Source: Antedon mediterranea (taxonomy: Eukaryota > Animalia > Echinodermata). Taken from it: a stretch of DNA of 64,000 bases. The notes under the pieces were generated by a model. The model ran no database searches and was not told where the DNA came from. It was given only the letters and a program-made list of their open reading frames with translations. This document shows, in pieces, positions 40,901 through 53,448 of the stretch. Within the stretch, counting starts at the first letter, position 1. Each line of letters starts with the position of its first letter. Where the stretch lies: contig NC_092680.1 in the NCBI RefSeq assembly GCF_964355755.1, positions 6,200,001 to 6,264,000 on the forward strand. The letters are read 5' to 3'. A program made the position numbers and the translations under genes.

Positions 40901-42291
40901 AAAAAACCTAATAATGAATAATAATTAATATTCAATGAAAACCAAAAGTTGGGTAGTTTGAGTGAATTACTTAACCAGCCGGGTAGAATTATATTGGTAA
41001 GCAAGTGATAACAACATGAGAATAGCCAGTTTTTAGTTATCTTTTAAAAATAAAATCCGTGCTTTGTTATTTTATGAAGTATTGTATTACTAATACTGTT
41101 AATGGTGGTGGAAAAAAACAATTGTGCTGGATGTTTTATCTGTCTTTCCCTATGATATCAATTTTGTTGGTTTGCTTGATAGTTTAAAAAATATATTTAT
41201 CTGGAATATAGAAATATAATCACAAAAAAAGAAGTCAATATAATATGCCCTCGTCGCATATCTTTCACGAACAGTCAATGTGCTTTTATGTGTTATTTTA
41301 ATTTAAATGTAGCTGATTTTTAAATAACACAATGTTAAATAAAACAGCCTTAACCCTATCTCGCTTTTCTTTGTTTATGTCTGATTTCATTTCGTTATCA
41401 CTACCAATTTACATCATGTACGAATATAGAAAAGCATTTTTCTTTACACGGATCATGTGAAAATAAAAATGACCATGTGCAATAATATTTATCTGCATAT
41501 AGGAAACCATAGAATGTTTGATAATGTTGTTGGAGGTGTGTGGTATATAATAACTATTGTGTACGAATTAACTTGTTAATCAGCCTAGGGATTAGCCCCA
41601 AATTGGGAAGAATAGAAAGAATTATTGTGTTTTATGCATTTCAATATGTAGATGTGAAGAAAGAAAAATTGTACTCTATTTTAGCCGTAAGACTTATGTT
41701 TTCCATATAGTTTTTTAAAATAATGATTTAATATAATAATAGATATATATATATATATATAATAATAGAAACAATGATGTGGTTTTAAAATACGCTCTAA
41801 TACATTTCCAGACTAAAATAAAACGACATCTTTCAGTACAAATATAATATGCTAAAATGCACTCACTGATATACTAACAATTAGCTAGCAGTCATACTTT
41901 ATTTCCAGTCTTATTATTTTATTATTTATTAATTTATGACTATATCCAATGACAGTGCATTATATATATGTATATATTTAATAACTTATTTATATAATAA
42001 TTGTATTATTACATAGTTATAAATTGCATACAGTCAAATAAAATAAACGCTCTGCATATATATTCGTCACACTTCTGACAACATTACACTGGACAACGTA
42101 TGATCAATCAATATAAATAAATGTGTTACAAAATAATTGATTGAGTAGTATGTTGCTGATGGCCAAAATTATAATTTATTTTTCTACAAAATACTACGAC
42201 CAAACACTTAGTATACTTTATTTCACATTTTAAGAATTGGGCAACAACATAATTATAATAACGTTACAAAATGTTGAAGTAGATATAGTTT

Positions 42292-42878
42292 CTAGATAAC
42301 CGTTTCCGGACTTGAATCTTCGCGAGGCGTAACGTTTGTCGACACTGAGTTGAACTCTGTCTTCTGACAAAATCCAACAATTCGCTTAAAATGCTTCTTA
42401 AAACTATCAGTGGCAAAGGCGTAAACAATCGGATTGCAACAACTATTTGAATACGAAAGACACAGGCTGAATAGTTTCAAAGAGGTTGCAATCTTGAACA
42501 TTTCTATTGATCTATAAAATTCATCCGAAGGCCAGAATGTTTCCAACATAATGACGATGTGATTGGGCGCCCAGCATACAGCAAAAAGTAACACGACAAT
42601 AAACACCATTCTTGTGATTTTTCGCTTTCTGCGAATCGAACGTTCTTGGGCTTGTGCACTTTCGGTACCACATGATTTCTTGCGCCACACCTGGATTAAT
42701 ATTTTGAAGTAGCATGCGAGTATAACTAAGAGTGGGAATGCATATAGCATCAGAAATGATCCTGTGATAAACAGTCGCCTTTGAAATTCCTCCGGGAATT
42801 CTAGCTTGCATTCATGTGTACAACCTGAAGGCATTGAGTACGAATATATTGGAATAGGAATGTATATAAGAAAAGATA
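42292..42878 (-). CDS. KISS1R: KISS1R-like coding exon 3 (end of TM4, ECL2, TM5-TM7, C-tail, stop)
   Basis: Acceptor tttttgttaCAG|TA completes a Val codon, then SFLIYIPIPIYSYSMPSGC... runs in frame with ORF 42292..42834 to TAG. Confidence 0.92.
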
Positions 42879-45299
42879 CTGTAACAAAAAAGAAAAAGAT
42901 GTGATGTTAATCATTTTGAATAAATAACAATGAAATTGACTACATGAGACGTTCAGTAGCACCGTTCAAATTGTAAACCGAATATTATCGAAATTTTGTA
43001 TAGCGCCACCTATAGATATAAAGGCGAACATCACAAACTATAGAGGGCGAACCTTTTTTTTAAACATAATAATAATTGAACCAAAGATATTGTGGCCGGC
43101 TTATAACAACTCTCTGAGATAAACAAAACAGAAGGTTCGCCCTCTAGAGTTTGTTATGTTTTAGTAGTTGAACAAAGCAGAAGGTTCGTACTCTAGAGTT
43201 TGTTATGTTTGCCTTTATATCTATAGGTGGCGCTATAAACAATTTCGGTAATATTCGGTGTAAGGTACTATATTTTGATTGTATAATTGTAAATGTACCC
43301 GTCATGTCAAATGTGTACCGAATATATATTCAATAATCTTATAGTTTTAATATCCACTTATGTACAAACTTAATGTCGACATGTTATATCAAAATACGTT
43401 AGATATTATGATGGTACAGGATTTATACATATATACACAAAAACATATTAATGTATGCCTACTTGTGTTTTCCGGGCAAAATAACACTTACCAATCCATG
43501 CGCTGACATCCAGTAGTAAAACCTTTTTTGTTGTGCGCGTGTTACGCGAGCGCACTGCATGTACGACTAATTGGTAACGATCAATTGACATTGCTGTCAA
43601 TGTCAATATCGTAGCTTGCACTGTAACCTGAAAAATAAAACAAATCATTTTGGATGAATCGATTAGTTATCAATGAAAGACCTGGAAAAGGAATAAAGCT
43701 AAAAGCATAGAGGGCAGCAAACGCTCTACTTAATGTGTATTTAATTTGAGCAATTAATGCAAGGATGCCACTATCTTCGTGATGTCACAACTGTCCAATC
43801 GATTATAATTCTAACAATCATGATTAATAATATGAAATATTTTAACAAGTTTAGTTATGCACAAATGATTGACATGATATTTAAAATAAGCCGTATCCAT
43901 TTCTCGTAAAATTGAATCTAGAAGTTTGACATTACGGACATTAATGTTATTTTCATACGTTGCAAATCTCTGTTGAAAGACACTTTATTAATTTATATTA
44001 TCGAAAGCTGTTATGATAACTAAATTTAGATCAGCAAATAATAATGAATGTCATTCATGCAGTTTTTACATGTATATCTTAGTGTTATGTTACCTAAATG
44101 AAATGCTATAGGCCATAATTATTCTACAGTACGTCTTCAAAATAAGAAGTTAAATAATATAGTGACTTTTTGACGCTATTGACGTTAAAAACTCATTCGC
44201 TTTATGTTCGTGATGTGAATATGCGACAATTCGGATCGTGTGATAATAAATAACTTTACGATCTGCTGAACATATGCTGTTTACGAAAAAGTCACAGTAG
44301 GCGGCAAGTTGAGAGAAATCAAACTTCGTGATCTGTTGACGGAAAACTATTATAACATGATCGTCTTCAAATACTGAGATGGTCAAGCAATGAACACTTA
44401 TTATTTTTTAAATAGAAGATTAAACAATCAGATCTATGAAATGCTACTCAGACAATTATAACAATGTAATGTTATTTTAGTTATTTTATCGATATGTAAT
44501 GAAATTCGTGACAAGGTAATTACCAAATTGGCTCAATGGTAATAGGTATAATGGAATATCATGTAAAATAACATTAGATGCGCACAGTATGATATCTGAA
44601 GTCGAAATGTGATAATTAATATCATTTAGCTAATTCTGATTTTTTGATTAGATACAGGATCGAGAACCTTTGGGACCAACGCAGTTTTCCCGGAATAAAT
44701 CTGTATTTGGGATTTGTTTTTTTATTTGCATTATGTCTACTCTATGTTATACGTGTTAAATCGTGGATATAATCTTGTCGTCGTAAGTCTGCTGACAAGA
44801 TAATGACAATATATGATATTAATTAAATTTGATCGATTAAAATAATAAGTTATATTTTTATTATGAAGTAATAGATATAGATACTTACAAACATCATGTA
44901 ATTCATCCCTTTACACATGAATGAGTTTGGAGACCATCCCATATAAACGGCTGCTGTTGGAATAGTACAAATCACCAAAAAGGTTATATCCGTCGTTGCC
45001 AAGTTTCCAATAAAGAAGTTTGTCACGGACCTCATGTCATTATACCAATAAATAATAAATAACACTGTAGCATTACCAAGTATTCCAATAACTGATATAA
45101 GTACAAGAATCAGGGGAGCAACAACTTTAATAATTCTTAAGTAGCTATTTATATATTCCGGAATATGCAATTCCATCTGTTCACATGTGAAGTTGTAGTA
45201 ATAGTACACATCGTTTGCTTGCACGACGTCGTCTGCTTGCACGATATCGTCCACTGCCGCTGCCACCACCGCGTATGAAATATTGTGTATCCCCGCCAT
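42292..45299 (-). CDS. KISS1R: Kisspeptin receptor-like (GPR54/KISS1R-type) rhodopsin-family GPCR; 3 coding exons, 377 aa
   Basis: Three ORF-track pieces join in frame via GT-AG introns (411+136+587 = 1134 nt). Class A motifs: TM1 GILGNATV, TM2 NFFIGNLATTD, ECL1/TM3 W..FMCK, TM3 VTVQATILTLTAMSIDRY, TM6 FAVCWAP, TM7 SNSCCNPIVY. The VxVQAT..TLTAMSxDR segment is characteristic of kisspeptin receptors. The symbol denotes the family; one-to-one orthology is not shown. Confidence 0.88.
42976..43260. mobile_element. Palindromic MITE (Tc1/mariner-type, TA flanks) in intron 2 of the receptor gene
   Basis: Inverted arms of about 80 bp: accgaatattatcgaaatt..tatagcgccacctatagatataaaggcgaacat / atgtttgcctttatatctataggtggcgctata..aatttcggtaatattcggt. 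Internal duplication of cagaaggttcg..ctctagagtttgttatgttt. Confidence 0.8.
43492..43627 (-). CDS. KISS1R: KISS1R-like coding exon 2 (TM3 with DRY, ICL2, TM4); 136 nt
   Basis: Acceptor ttttatttttCAG|GTT ACA GTG CAA (VTVQ). Donor TGG ATT G|GTAAGT, phase 1. Confidence 0.92.
44889..45299 (-). CDS. KISS1R: KISS1R-like coding exon 1 (N-terminus, TM1, TM2, start of TM3)
   Basis: ATG at 45299 (context aacATGg). Ends ...MNYMMF|GTAAGT, phase-0 donor at 44888. N-glycosylation sequons NIS and NFT in the N-terminus. Confidence 0.9.
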
Positions 45300-46741
45300 G
45301 TTCGGTTGCTATTGACCGCCAGGACAACTCTGTATGACAGCTAAACAAGCTAATCTGCCGTATTAGTGCTTTTACTGCATCAGGTAAGAACGATGAATCA
45401 GACTATTAGCTAACTCAAGGTAAAATGTCATAATTAGGACTAGTGCGGATGGCGAAAACAACTCTCGTAGTTTACCGGAACTACTTTATTATGACTGTTA
45501 ATTAAGCCAAACACATTTTCTTGTCGAGTGGTTAATGTAAAAAAAAACTTTTTTAGGAAGCAATCTTTAATGCAGGTCCCACTCACTTCATAACATCTAA
45601 AAGAAAAGTGAAAATTATTATCATATTACATTCTGTTAATATAATTTGGAATAGTATAAATAAGCCTAACTTATGGACGCATTATTTTAATCATTTTGTT
45701 AAAATAGTTAATCTACAATTTAATCTTTGGCATTTATATTTAGCTAACTATATCCTATTTCTATTTCAGAAACACTATAATTCAAATTACAGGATAACAA
45801 GTAAACCGTAGTATTTTAGACTAGTTACAATTATGATGCTTTTGTGGTGGATGCGAAAGCAATCCATTTACAAATTTAACCACAGTGCAATCTCCAGGAT
45901 TAAAGTAAGTTGTACACGTTCTTTTTTATCACTTTCATACACAGTTACATACCGTAGCTGTTGGTTGTGAACTGACAAGTAATTAAACATTAGGCATAAT
46001 AAGCGTGCTGTACAAAATCAATGGAATTAACCCAGAGATTCAGAGCAAAATCAATCCTATCATTATTCTATGCTGAGCTTAAAAATATAAATCTAAAACC
46101 ATTAAACATAAAAGGGTTGCTTAAGAATTAATATGGGATTATTGAGGATTATGTGGGTTTAATTATTAATGCTTAAAAAATGGTGTCAACATAAAAAAGA
46201 ACAAATAAAGTATAACATTTGTAAAAGGAAACACATGTGTATATTTATCGATGTCCTATTGAATATTTAAATGAAATTCGCAATAAAATAATATCAGTGC
46301 AATTTACAGTATGTATGAAACACACTATTTTATACATAATACAAGTATACCCATCGGCTCATCCAGAATCTTAAAAATACTCTATTCTAACAAATGTCTG
46401 CCTCATTGTTACTATACTTTATTATCAATCTCTTTGGCAATTCCAGCCTTGGGGTACTAAAATTCAATTGTAGTACTCTGGTGTGTCAAACAAGCTTTAG
46501 TCGTCATTTATGCAGTATATTTAATGTATTTAGTATAGTATAAATAATGTGTAACTGATAAATATGGTCAATCAATGACCATGCTATGCTATAAATGTTC
46601 TCCAATTTGATATTAAGCACGTTGATTGAATATTTAAAAGAAAACACGTAATGCAGTTTGTTGCAATGAAGAAATGAAGTCAATGTTAACGTGCAGATGC
46701 TTTACTAATAAATAGTTTTAACACGCTGAACATCAGACTAA

Positions 46742-46939
46742 AGCGTGGTTCCCACTAGCGACGCAACACAAGGACGTAACGCAACGCAACACAAGGACGT
46801 AACGCAACGCAAGTGAATTGACCTATCACAATGGCTTATTCGCTTGTGATTGCTAACTGTCTATAATTTCTCTTGTCATTGTTCAAAACGCTCGCGTTGA
46901 GTTTACGTCCTTGTGTTAATTTCTAGTGGGAACCAAGCT
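46742..46939. mobile_element. Family-A MITE about 1.4 kb upstream of the receptor ATG
   Basis: TAA-agcgtggttcccactag...ctagtgggaaccaagct-TAA, with an internal 23-bp duplication. Same subfamily as 11570-11748. Confidence 0.9.
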
Positions 46940-48049
46940 TAAGATAGGTGCCACGCCACGGAATCATGGGAAGCCCAAAGGGATTTTAACAACATACAAT
47001 TGTTGCAGGTACCACATGGAAGGAGACTAAAAATAAATAATTAAATCAGTCATTTATTTATTCAATGTACCAACAGTAATTAATTTGTGGTAAAATTGTA
47101 TATTAATGTGAAATAATAATTATATCATCATTATTTTCTTCCGAATATTTATTGCAGTAAATATGTATTAATATCAATTATACAATATAAGATTGATTTA
47201 TCAAAAAAACCAAATACAATATATAATTCTCATGGTAGACTGTGATATGAGGACTTTTACTTTGACGACGAAAAACCCGACCATCTTCGTATACAATATT
47301 ATAATAAACTAATTATTTTAGAGATATTAGATAGATCATGGATGGCCTACTCATAAACCATAACCATATTTAAGTAATAATATAAGTAGGCCTAGACTAA
47401 TCGACTAAGAGTTGTTCAGTTGTGTACTCTAATGGACATGATATAATTTACGATCCTTTTATAAATAATGTACTCAATTCATTAATTTTCCGCAAAACGT
47501 AGACATAACTTTAAAAAAAAACATAACCAGCGATTAGGGATTAATTGTTTTTAGGAATTTTACATGAATATAAAAAAATAATGCTTTGTCTTCGATAAAC
47601 CCCTGCGTCTTATTATGTAAAAAATGTGACTAAAATACGTTTAATGAATATTTACAAGGTCGATTTCTTTTCATTGTCATTATAAGTAAGATAATTGAAC
47701 AAGATAGACGTTTTAAGACAGTTCTATTATTTTGAGAAATGTTATTTGTGATTAGAGACAAATTAATTAACATTCTTGTTCTAAAATGAAGAAATGAGCT
47801 GAAAGAATATAATACGGTATAACTCAATTGTAATCTCGTTTGAATGCTAATGACTCTCCTACAATATCATGTCCAGTGACATTAAACAACCTGCAAGAGT
47901 ATTGTGTCTGAAGACTGCATAATAGACTAAATAAGTAAATAAATATTTAGTAATTAATAATAATAAGTGTTCATCAAGATTTTCAGAATGTAGTGGCCTA
48001 ATGTAAAAGAAATGATGTTCAGCTATTCATTTCATTTTTTTTTATTTCG

Positions 48050-48490
48050 GATAGAACATCCATATACAAACCATACAAAAAACAAAGAGAAACAATTTCA
48101 CCAGGAAAGCAAGTTCCACAAAACCAACCTACAATATCCTAAAATACCAATGTTCACCAACGCATTTGTAGGTTGGATTATGGAAGACATTAGCTATGGG
48201 AAAGACTGGGTAGGAGCTAGTGGAAATAGACAGTGGAAATAGACATTGGAAAGAAATTGGTCACACACTAAGGAAGCTAAAACAGAACATCACTCTAGGC
48301 ACGCCTTGACATCGAATGCAATGGAGATCGTTCAAGAAACACTTGGATGAGAGAACTTGACGAAGAATGAAGAATGCTGCAGGCTATACACACTGGACAG
48401 AGGCGGGAGGAATCGCTTGGGACGGTGTAAGATCAAGACGTGTAGTTGATGACTAGGTGTAACTAGGCATGTGTATAAGTAAGGTATGTA
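48050..48490 (+). mobile_element. Decayed RTE-clade LINE, 3' end
   Basis: Frameshifted translation gives LWER..., WKEIGHTLRKLKQNIT, HALTSN, RSRNTWMRELDEE and AGYTHWTEAGGIAWD. These match the RTE C-terminal pattern W.WIGHTLRK....ITRQAL.WNPQG...GRPRNTWRR. A (GTAA)-like tail follows. Confidence 0.72.
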
Positions 48491-49931
48491 TTCACTCTTG
48501 AGAACCACTGATAGGAATAACATTATAAGTAAACAGTTGATCGTTTATATACACTATATACTACTTTTGTTTTTTTTTCCCAAAATAGATAAATTATTAT
48601 TATTAACAGCTAATAACTGCATATTTATCCTTGACATTTTAGAGCAAAAGTGCAAACTGAATTTAAAATAAAACCAATTTTTAAAACCTGCTGGATTAGT
48701 TTCTAAATGTGCACATGTGTCGTTAATCAATTTAATGGATTTGGTTGTCTTCTAAAAAAAAAAAACACGAAATAACGTTCTTATTGTTACTGTGTCAATA
48801 TGCACGTTTCTGTATTTATAGGATGACGCACTTTCCCACACATAGTTTATGGTTTAATGTAAATTATACAAACAATGCCTTATCATTCTAACCTTCTGTA
48901 AGTTCATGAACAGTTTATTTATCATTAAACGCAATGAACTATTCTAATTAATACATCTGAAATAAATAAAATTATAATAATTACAACATTACCATTACAT
49001 CTTCAATTAGTTTGTTATTGATAAATATAACTCGTTTATTATCTAGATATGAATTTTAAAATAGATTGATTATTTAAAAATAACAGGATTAAATAGAAGA
49101 TTTGTATCAACATTTTACCATTGATAAAAAAAACTAATTATTTCCTTTCAAATATTTTATTTTGTTATTATTTTACAAACCTTTTTAAAAGTAATGATTA
49201 GTATGTTTTAAATATTTATTTGAGTGGTAATATCCTCTTTTTCTTTTGCTTTTTATTACAATATTAAACACAATTATGTTGTTGCATGTTGTTATGCATT
49301 TTTGTGGAATTAAATTAAAATTTAGTAATGCGAATATTTCCGATATTAGAGGAATAAGATTTCTTGATTGCTATAAGGAATATGTTTTGTCAATTTAACA
49401 TTATGTACCATTCCAACAAGATGCAAGTAGAGCACCTTATTTTTGCGTTAACACTTAAGTTTGAAAAGACGAAGGTTGGTAATTGTGAGCAAGATAATAT
49501 TTTGTCGCTAATTATGACTTAATATATGATAACAGCAATATTGACAGAGTGAATTCTATTGTATTTCTACGGTTAGAAAACACGAGTTTGAATTACATCG
49601 CACAATGACAACAAAACAGTCAATTACGAAAATGTTAAAATCATGGTCATCTGTTGAATTTTGCACTAGGCGTATGCTGTGATCAATTACTATTATGCAC
49701 TTAAATTAGAGCACGTCGTAAAGGTATTCACTTTCAGAGAAAGAGTAGGCCTAAATGATATATCATCCACTTCTTTTACGATACAGAACCCCTCCATTTT
49801 ACTGTGCGAACCAATATATAATTTATGAAAACTTATCCGTATTTCTATACACCTTTTCAAATTAAGGAATTGGTTATTAATGTTATTTTTTTATTTTATT
49901 ATATTTACTGGTCAAGTGTATTAGGAAGAAA

Positions 49932-50072
49932 TGTCTACACTATCAAACTTTATGTAACAAAAAATATGATGTGTCCATAAATGGACATGATGATGTCATA
50001 TCACTACCATATTTGGGCATATCACTACCATATTTGGGCACATCAAACTAGTTTGATAGTGTAGAGAGAGCT
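49932..50072 (-). mobile_element. Family-B MITE (reverse orientation)
   Basis: tgtctacactatcaaactttatg...(tatcactaccatatttgggca)x2...agtttgatagtgtagagagagct-TAA. Confidence 0.85.
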
Positions 50073-50911
50073 TAAGAAATGTCATACTCGATGTGTGTTG
50101 TATTGCTAATTCATTTTGAGCCACGGACAGTCATCGTATGTGTTATCGGTGTAGTGTTTGGCATACGGTATTACATACAACATGAGTCGGCATGACATAC
50201 AGTACGAGAAATATAGCCATTGTAGTGAACTGTTGTTCATCAATTGTATTCACTATTTGTTTTCACTGACAAAGTGCATTCTACCATTATTCAGACTATA
50301 ATTAAAATAAAAAGTCAATTATGAAATCCCATGGTCACCATTGATTAGTTCGCAGTAGCTGTCTCATGTTAATGATGTGTACTGTGATGTTTTAATATGT
50401 AGTGGACTGCTTTGGTTACCGAAGAGTATGTATAGTATGCTGCGTGATTTTAACATTATTCACAACCTGAACAATTCAATGACCTCTGTGGGACAGTTTT
50501 CTAAAGATAAATATTAATTATTTATTTCCTTATTGCGTCAACCTTTGTCAGCTTAACATAAATGCATGTTATAGTTCTGAGTGTAAACGTTCCGTTTATG
50601 CCTTGTGTTTAATTATTTATTTCATTAACCTTTGAAAGAACAACTCAATTTGTTTTTGACTAATCAATCGGTTTTTTTAGAAGTTACATAAAAACTCTCT
50701 GTAACTAATGTTAGTAATGGATGAACAGGTTAATTAAAATATACTATATTTCATTATGCAAAAGCTTCTCTCTGTTACATAATAGTTATTTATTATCTAC
50801 TATGAGCTGGTGGCCTATGACGGTGAAATAAATAAATGAAATGAATGAATCGTATAATCACACAATGATTGTTCAACATCTTCGTGTACAATAACGTAGT
50901 AGCATCCGTTA

Positions 50912-51069
50912 AGCTTGGTTCCCACTAGGACGTAACGCAAGGACGTAAGCGCAACGCAAGCTAGTTGACCAATGACAAACGAAAGTTCGAATAATCCATC
51001 GGTTGTGATTGGTCAAATCCCTTACGTTGCGTTACGTCGTTGTGTTGCGTCTCTAGTGGGAACCACGCA
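50912..51069. mobile_element. Family-A MITE
   Basis: TTA-agcttggttcccactagga...tctctagtgggaaccacgca-TTA. Confidence 0.9.
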
Positions 51070-51170
51070 TTAGTTACCACTTCAGTACACAGAAAATCGC
51101 GTTATTATTTGGAAATGTTTAACATCTCCGTGGCAATAAGAGAGCATCCGTAGCAACTATATTCAGTTAG

Positions 51171-52812
51171 CAAACAATAATGACAGTGCATCAACCATTT
51201 AAGCAGATGATTGATTGATATTGAGTAATAATTGCTAAAAAATGATATTTAACATATCCTTTAAGCACGGTTATTGATTACGACTCTTTCACGCTATGGA
51301 GAGATTAATATGTAACATAGAAACTGATTTTGCTAGCCATTTTTAAAAAGACATTTGGTAAACAATAAATACGAGATTCATTAAATTTATTTATTTATTC
51401 CCCTCTTTAATGAACCAGTTCCAGTAAAGGAATTGATCATTAAGGGCCCTCGAATGTGTAAGCATATCGTATCATTCCGTTTGAAGTAAAATGGAAAATA
51501 GATTTAAAACAACTAATAACACAAGCTGAAAAGAGAGAGATAGAAAATAAGGTCTCTCTTTTTCTAAAAAATTAATTTAAAAAATGGATGTAAGAAGACA
51601 CACAAAGATTCCTAAGCAATGAATATAATATTCATTCTACCAGATTATCGATACTGTATCTAGATTTTTTCTAGTAACATAGGAATTTCGTAATACAGTA
51701 TCACACGTGTGTCACATGTGTTTCATATATATAAGTATTAATTAGACCATAACCTAACCACTAAACTAACCTTACATGACATACACAACATGTAATATAT
51801 ACTTGAGATGCTGTATTACGGAATTTACCTGATACTGGGCAAATATTATTGTATGTGGAAATACAACATTAAAAATCGGACCTTTTGTGGGACTGTTTTC
51901 TAAAGATATAGATATTAATTATTTATGATTAACATTTTAGGAGCATGTGTCAATCTATGTCAGCTTAAAACTTAAAAGGTAGGTTTGAGTTTCAACGTTT
52001 CGTTTATGCCTGTCATTTAATTGTTTACAAATTAAACATCAACCTTTGAAAGAACAACTTAATTTATTTTTATTATATAAAACTATTAATTGTTCATGTT
52101 TATGGACCAAACAATAATGACAGTGCATCAACCATTTAAGCAGATGATTGATTGATATTGAGTAATAATTGCTAAAATATGATATTTAACATATCCTTTA
52201 AGCACGGTTATTGATTACGACTCTTTCACGCTATGGAGAGATTAATATGTACGGTAACATAGAAACTGATTTTGCTAGCCATTTTTAAAAAGACATTTTA
52301 GGTAAACAATAAATACGAGATTCATTAAATTTATTTATTTATTCCCCTCTTTAATGACCCAGTTCCAGTAAAGGAATTGATCGTTAAGGGCCCTCGAATG
52401 TGTAAGCATATCGTGTCATTCCGTTTGAAGTAAAATGGAAAATAGATTTAAAACAACTAATAACACAAGCTGAAAAGAGAGAGATAGAAAATAAGGTCTC
52501 TCTTTTTCTGAAAAATGAATTTAAAAAATGGATGTAAGAAGACACACAAAGATTCCTAAGCAATGAATATAATATTCATTCTACCAGATTATCAATACTG
52601 TATCTAGAATTTTTCCAGTAACATAGGAATTCCGTAATACAGTATCACATGTGTGTCATATATATAATTATTAATTAGACCATAACCTAACCACTAAACT
52701 AACCTTACATGACATACACAACACGTAATACACTGTACTATGCTGTATGACGGAATTTTCCTGATACTAGGCAAATATTGTCGTATGTGGAAATACAACA
52801 TTGAATATCGGA
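51171..52812 (+). repeat. Local segmental duplication: about 700-bp unit at 51171-51880 and 52108-52812
   Basis: Near-identical copies from caaacaataatgacagtgcatcaacc to gtatgtggaaatacaacatt, offset 937 bp. Each copy includes a TIR element (51671-51838 and 52615-52771). Confidence 0.95.
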
Positions 52813-53329
52813 AATGCATTTAAACACATTGAATGAATACAATTTGCTTATACTGAAAACACTATAATTTGCTTACATCTCATGGTAACATATTATGCTA
52901 CTAAGAGTATGTAAGCAAATTGTATTGTTTCTTTGGAATAAATAATGTTAATTGATTTATTCTTTGGAATAAAATTATCTAACACAGCGAAACTTCCATT
53001 GTTTAGGCCTATGGTATACTCACAGTGATGATCCTGGCAATTGATTTCCCAAGACCCACGGTACGCAATGAATATAGATACATCCATTCAAAATGAATTA
53101 TAGCATATCATATTTATATTATTGCATTGGAATGAAAATTATGAATTGATCTTTCCTTTGAAATAAAATTATTTAAGAGCAACTTTCTGTTTATTTTATT
53201 GAACGGTATAGTTGCATTGCATGAGGTAAAAGTTTAGACGTAACAAAAAAAAAACCTGATGATATGCTGAAAAATGTTTTGGAAAAGACCACGATAGCAA
53301 TGAATATAGATTCATACAATATGTTATGT

Positions 53330-53448
53330 AAACAAGGCCATATACATGGCTGCAGTGGCGTGCGTAAATTTGAGTTAGTGTTTACCCACCGACCGACCAA
53401 CCGACCGACACAGTGAGCTGTAGAGTCGCGTTTGCAAGCGACTAAAAA
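53330..53448 (-). mobile_element. HINE/DINE-like element (same family as 34756-34884)
   Basis: aaacaaggccatatacatggctgcagtggcgtgc...accgaccgaccaaccgaccgacacagtgagctgtagagtcgcgtttgcaagcgactaaaaa. Confidence 0.8.

Noticed and set aside
42521-42811. 96-aa overlapping ORF within receptor exon 3
   Set aside because: Alternative frame of the real exon, with no recognisable motifs.
44150-44386. 78-aa minus-strand ORF in receptor intron 1
   Set aside because: Exons 1 and 2 already join in frame to give an intact TM3. No GPCR similarity.
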